IMG/VR virus record: IMGVR_UViG_3300022538_000228
Span: 1-29,281 of that record
Length of the DNA: 29,281 nucleotides
Direction: 5' to 3' (one strand)
From: a virus
Taxonomy: Duplodnaviria; Caudoviricetes
Shown: positions 26,242-29,281 of the stretch, one piece after another
Numbering within the stretch: position 1 is the first letter of the stretch
Layout: each line of letters starts with the position of its first letter
Program-made: the position numbers and the translations under genes
The notes under the pieces: generated by a model
Seen by the model: only the letters and a program-made list of their open reading frames with translations
Database searches by the model: none
Told to the model about the DNA's origin: nothing

Positions 26242-27121
26242 GCAAATTATCAAGGACACGGAGAGGCTGCTGGATAAGACTAATGTTTTTAACCAGATCA
26301 CGACACGAGCGGCAGACCCAAATGCAAGGTCGCTTGTGGAGTTTCATACATTTACTGATGACAAGCTTCAGAGGATAGCTGATGCAATGCCTGAGATCAA
26401 TAGGGCGACAAGGTGTCTTGGTCGGTCTAAGACGCAGACAACGAACAAATTAATGACCCTTACCATGCTGGCTGACGCCTCTCCGTATCGGGCTCTTGTG
26501 CAATGTCTGGCCCAAGTAGAACACAAGCGAAAGGCTGTCAAAGAGAACCGTTTCAAGCTGTTGAAGGATAGAGTTCAACTGGGAAAGTTGGAGATCAGGT
26601 TTGCTAATGAGAGAGACCCTTATGAAAGTGAACTGATTGAAATAGAGATCGAGCGACTTGCTTCGACCATGTCAGATACAATGCTTTACATCGAGGGCGC
26701 TCTCAAAAGCATTGCTTCCTTTCAGTCATCTTATACGCAAATCTGTAAGAACAAGGGCATCCCGGAGAACTGGGATGAGATGGATTTGGAGAAGGCAGAG
26801 GTCGGGCATCACCTTCGCATGGCTTTTCTACATGCTTACAGAGACGTAATGGCTCATGGAAGGCTTGGGATGGGGACACTCGAATATCTGCAACAGTTTG
26901 GCGTTCATCCTCATAAAGCTGCTGCAATAGTACAAGGCTACATCAAAGTCAGTCAAGGGAACCTCAAGACGGTTGATTACGAAGATCTTGAAGTGTTCCT
27001 TGATGGCTGCGTGGAGCAATTTAAAGATGCTTACAAACAGGTCTTGAAGAGGATCGGCATAGACAATCTCTATGAGAGCTGGTATATGTACCAGGAGGAT
27101 GAAGATGGATTACATTCCTAA
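26228..27121 (+). CDS. Coiled-coil hypothetical protein (297 aa)
   Basis: GGAGG RBS before the ATG at 26228; all-helical, charged heptad pattern. Confidence 0.75.
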   Translation: MEITKQIIKDTERLLDKTNVFNQITTRAADPNARSLVEFHTFTDDKLQRIADAMPEINRATRCLGRSKTQTTNKLMTLTMLADASPYRALVQCLAQVEHKRKAVKENRFKLLKDRVQLGKLEIRFANERDPYESELIEIEIERLASTMSDTMLYIEGALKSIASFQSSYTQICKNKGIPENWDEMDLEKAEVGHHLRMAFLHAYRDVMAHGRLGMGTLEYLQQFGVHPHKAAAIVQGYIKVSQGNLKTVDYEDLEVFLDGCVEQFKDAYKQVLKRIGIDNLYESWYMYQEDEDGLHS

Positions 27122-27524
27122 GTACTTCAAGCCTTATGAGCTTGTTCCTAGGTCGACCTACGAGTTGCTGAAGAATAGGCCTTGGATTATTTGGCAGCTC
27201 TTTGATCCACGTACGCTCCTTGTTGGAGACCGTCTGAGGAAGAGGTATGGAAAGATGGTTGCTAATGATTGGTTCTGGGGCGGGAGGCATCAGTATCGTG
27301 GTTGGCGTCCAGCTAGGTGTAAGGTAGGGGCTACCTACTCACAACATCGCTTTGGACGTGCAGAGGATCTTGTTCCTCAAGAGTGTACAGTTGAGGAGAT
27401 ATGGGGAGACATAAAGGCAGGGAACAACTTCCTTTACATAACTTGCATCGAGATCGGAGCTAAAGTTACTTGGCTCCATCATGATGAGAGAAATTATGGG
27501 GGGCTCTTAATCGTATCACCATAA
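27105..27524 (+). CDS. Endolysin, peptidase M15 (Zn) family
   Basis: Motifs GWR...SQHRFGRAED...WLHHD supply the H, D, H zinc ligands; adjacent to the holin; GGAGG RBS. Confidence 0.85.
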   Translation: MDYIPKYFKPYELVPRSTYELLKNRPWIIWQLFDPRTLLVGDRLRKRYGKMVANDWFWGGRHQYRGWRPARCKVGATYSQHRFGRAEDLVPQECTVEEIWGDIKAGNNFLYITCIEIGAKVTWLHHDERNYGGLLIVSP

Positions 27525-27533
27525 GGAGGTAAT

Positions 27534-27980
27534 ATGGGTATCTTATCAAGTTTGTTAGGTGGCGGAGTTGAAGGACTTTTGAAGGGTGCTGGCTCCCTTG
27601 CGAAGGACATTAGGACAGCTATAACTGGTGAGACAGCTCTCTCTTCTGAGGCAAGGGCTGTTATAGATACCAAAGTGATTGAGCTTGAAAAGGTGCTTGC
27701 TCAATTAAAGGTTGAAACTGATAGGCTGCGAGCTAACATTATTATTGCTGAGACAAAGTCGCAGTCCTGGCTTGCTAGGAACTGGAGGCCTATTTTGATG
27801 CTTACAATAGTGGCTATCATAGCTAACAACTTTGTCATCTTCCCTTATGTAAGCCTCTTCACTACGAAGGTGACTATGCTGACTCTGCCAGACCATCTCT
27901 ACTCATTACTAAAGATAGGTGTAGGTGGCTACATTGTTGGAAGATCAGCTGAGCAAGTGGCCAAGACTATAAAGAAGTAA
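27534..27980 (+). CDS. Holin (GTA 3TM holin-like)
   Basis: SWLARNWRPILM followed by a hydrophobic helix, and GVGGYIVGRSAEQ; follows the endolysin. Confidence 0.85.
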   Translation: MGILSSLLGGGVEGLLKGAGSLAKDIRTAITGETALSSEARAVIDTKVIELEKVLAQLKVETDRLRANIIIAETKSQSWLARNWRPILMLTIVAIIANNFVIFPYVSLFTTKVTMLTLPDHLYSLLKIGVGGYIVGRSAEQVAKTIKK

Positions 27981-27983
27981 AGG

Positions 27984-28274
27984 CTAAGCTTTATTACCAA
28001 TAACAAGTAACTTTGCAATCTCGTTAGTAATGGCCTTAGCAGCTGCCTTAGTTACCTTTCTATCGTGGTTGCGTAAGGCCATTTTTACTAGGTTTTTCTG
28101 GAATGGTTGCAGCTCTACACTTGAGTAGTTGTATCCCAACCAGTCCTCAAACTCCTTATACATATCCAACATCTCTTCCTCCTTTCTTTGTTCACTTAAC
28201 CCTTTGCCAAATAAGTTATCAACAATCTTGACTATAGACTTCAAGAGTCTATCTTCTACCTTCACGGTTTTCAT
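27984..28274 (-). CDS. Hypothetical protein (96 aa)
   Basis: Coupled to the upstream minus-strand gene (ATGA overlap); convergent with the holin. Confidence 0.7.
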   Translation of the reverse strand: MKTVKVEDRLLKSIVKIVDNLFGKGLSEQRKEEEMLDMYKEFEDWLGYNYSSVELQPFQKNLVKMALRNHDRKVTKAAAKAITNEIAKLLVIGNKA

Positions 28275-28537
28275 TCTTCCTTGCCTGTTATAATTGCAGC
28301 TAAGGTTTTCACTCGCCTAATCCACTCAATAGCATGTGGCATACACTTACCATGAACAGGGCACTGTGGAATGACTGTGAGGAAAAGATCTCGATCCTCT
28401 AACAGCTTGTCCGATACTTTCAGTTCTTCCTCAAGCTTTTCAATGCGCTTTAATGATTCCTCTAGTCCCATTTCTCCTCCTCTTGTTTTTATAGTTACTA
28501 CTTCGTAGTTTACTGGGTCGAAGATAAGTTTCATCAT
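28271..28537 (-). CDS. Hypothetical protein with coiled coil and CPVHGKC motif
   Basis: ATGA overlap gives a start at 28537; an alternative start at 28471 has a GGAGGAG RBS. Confidence 0.65.
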   Translation of the reverse strand: MMKLIFDPVNYEVVTIKTRGGEMGLEESLKRIEKLEEELKVSDKLLEDRDLFLTVIPQCPVHGKCMPHAIEWIRRVKTLAAIITGKEE

Positions 28538-29280
28538 TTCCCTTTCCAATGATACCAGACTCCAGGTTGTCCCTTGGGGCCTCTGTACTCTCGTTGAATG
28601 TTTCCTGCCTTAATACAAGTATTCATAACATTATCGAACTTCCTATCATCAACATCTCTCCAGATTAGTGACATCAGTTGCTTCTCGGAGATAACCTTAG
28701 CCCTCTGAACCACTTGCATAACCAGTGCAACGTCTGGAGTAATATCACTCCGACCAACAGCAACGAAGCCTTTGTGCATTACTGCTTCAACCTTCTCAAT
28801 CCTAGCCAATGCTTCTTCAAGCTCTGGAATGCCGACCGTTAGGGTGTTGCTCTTAGCTGCAGCAACAAGCATTCCTACTTTCAGCATCAATGTTGGCTTA
28901 CGACTGTACCAGCCTTGGAATGATGGATCTTTACATAGGCGCATTGGGCTTAGCTCCTCATAGTTATTGTAGAAGTCCTTCCACCATTTCCTACTTTCTT
29001 TAGTATAAGTATAGGCTCCTACTATCCTGGAGATAATTGTAAGGTCATTAATCAAATGCTTCTTCAATTCCTTAAGATCATTTGTTACTTCAGGTACATC
29101 AACTTTCTTCCACTTGCTATCTGCCCAGACAAATAGGATCCTTGTTGTAAGGCCACCTCCAATAGCTGTACTTGGTAGAGAGCTAGCAAGACTCTCAGGT
29201 GTGGTTCCAGCGACAACTACAAGGAAAGGAGATGCTATTACATTAGTACCAGCCCCTTTAGTCCTGTATCTATAGGGTCT
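28534..29280 (-). CDS. C-terminal part of a DUF3987-like AAA+ replication protein/helicase (5' truncated)
   Basis: The frame is open to the window edge: RPYRYRTKGAGTNVIASPFLVVVAGTTPESL...GGGLTTRILFVW (sensor-1 and arginine-finger-like), ending in a winged-helix-like C-terminus. Confidence 0.7.
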   Translation of the reverse strand, partial: RPYRYRTKGAGTNVIASPFLVVVAGTTPESLASSLPSTAIGGGLTTRILFVWADSKWKKVDVPEVTNDLKELKKHLINDLTIISRIVGAYTYTKESRKWWKDFYNNYEELSPMRLCKDPSFQGWYSRKPTLMLKVGMLVAAAKSNTLTVGIPELEEALARIEKVEAVMHKGFVAVGRSDITPDVALVMQVVQRAKVISEKQLMSLIWRDVDDRKFDNVMNTCIKAGNIQREYRGPKGQPGVWYHWKGK

Positions 29281-29281
29281 A

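Noticed and set aside
2265-27980. Stop-codon reassignment or selenocysteine recoding
   Set aside because: Core genes are full length under the standard code, and TAA, TAG and TGA all serve as stops with tightly coupled downstream starts.

Overview
This window is most of a tailed-phage genome (Caudoviricetes, podovirus-like gene set). From 1 to about 1850 there are small leftward early-type genes with strong RBSs and two near-consensus sigma70 promoters, interrupted by an origin-like non-coding block in which inverted GTGTAC/GTACAC arrays flank an A/T tract. A divergent control region (about 1886-2230) is followed by one long rightward late unit: putative small terminase, large terminase, P22-like portal, scaffold, N4-gp56/DUF4043-like major capsid protein, head accessory and adaptor genes, tail genes, a Cys-rich Ig-like repeat protein, three Cys-free probable ejection proteins (456, 216 and 1539 aa), a fibre/beta-propeller/glycosyltransferase/coiled-coil module, an M15-type endolysin and a holin. 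At the right end, convergent minus-strand genes include the C-terminus of a DUF3987-like AAA+ replication protein. The most notable unexplained structure is a 31-bp quasi-palindromic element (13-5-13 layout, core AAASGTCA-W5-TGAC). It occurs five times, always at gene boundaries, spread over 23 kb. No integrase, tRNA, CRISPR array or reverse transcriptase was seen. Family assignments rest on motif recognition and gene order, not on database searches.
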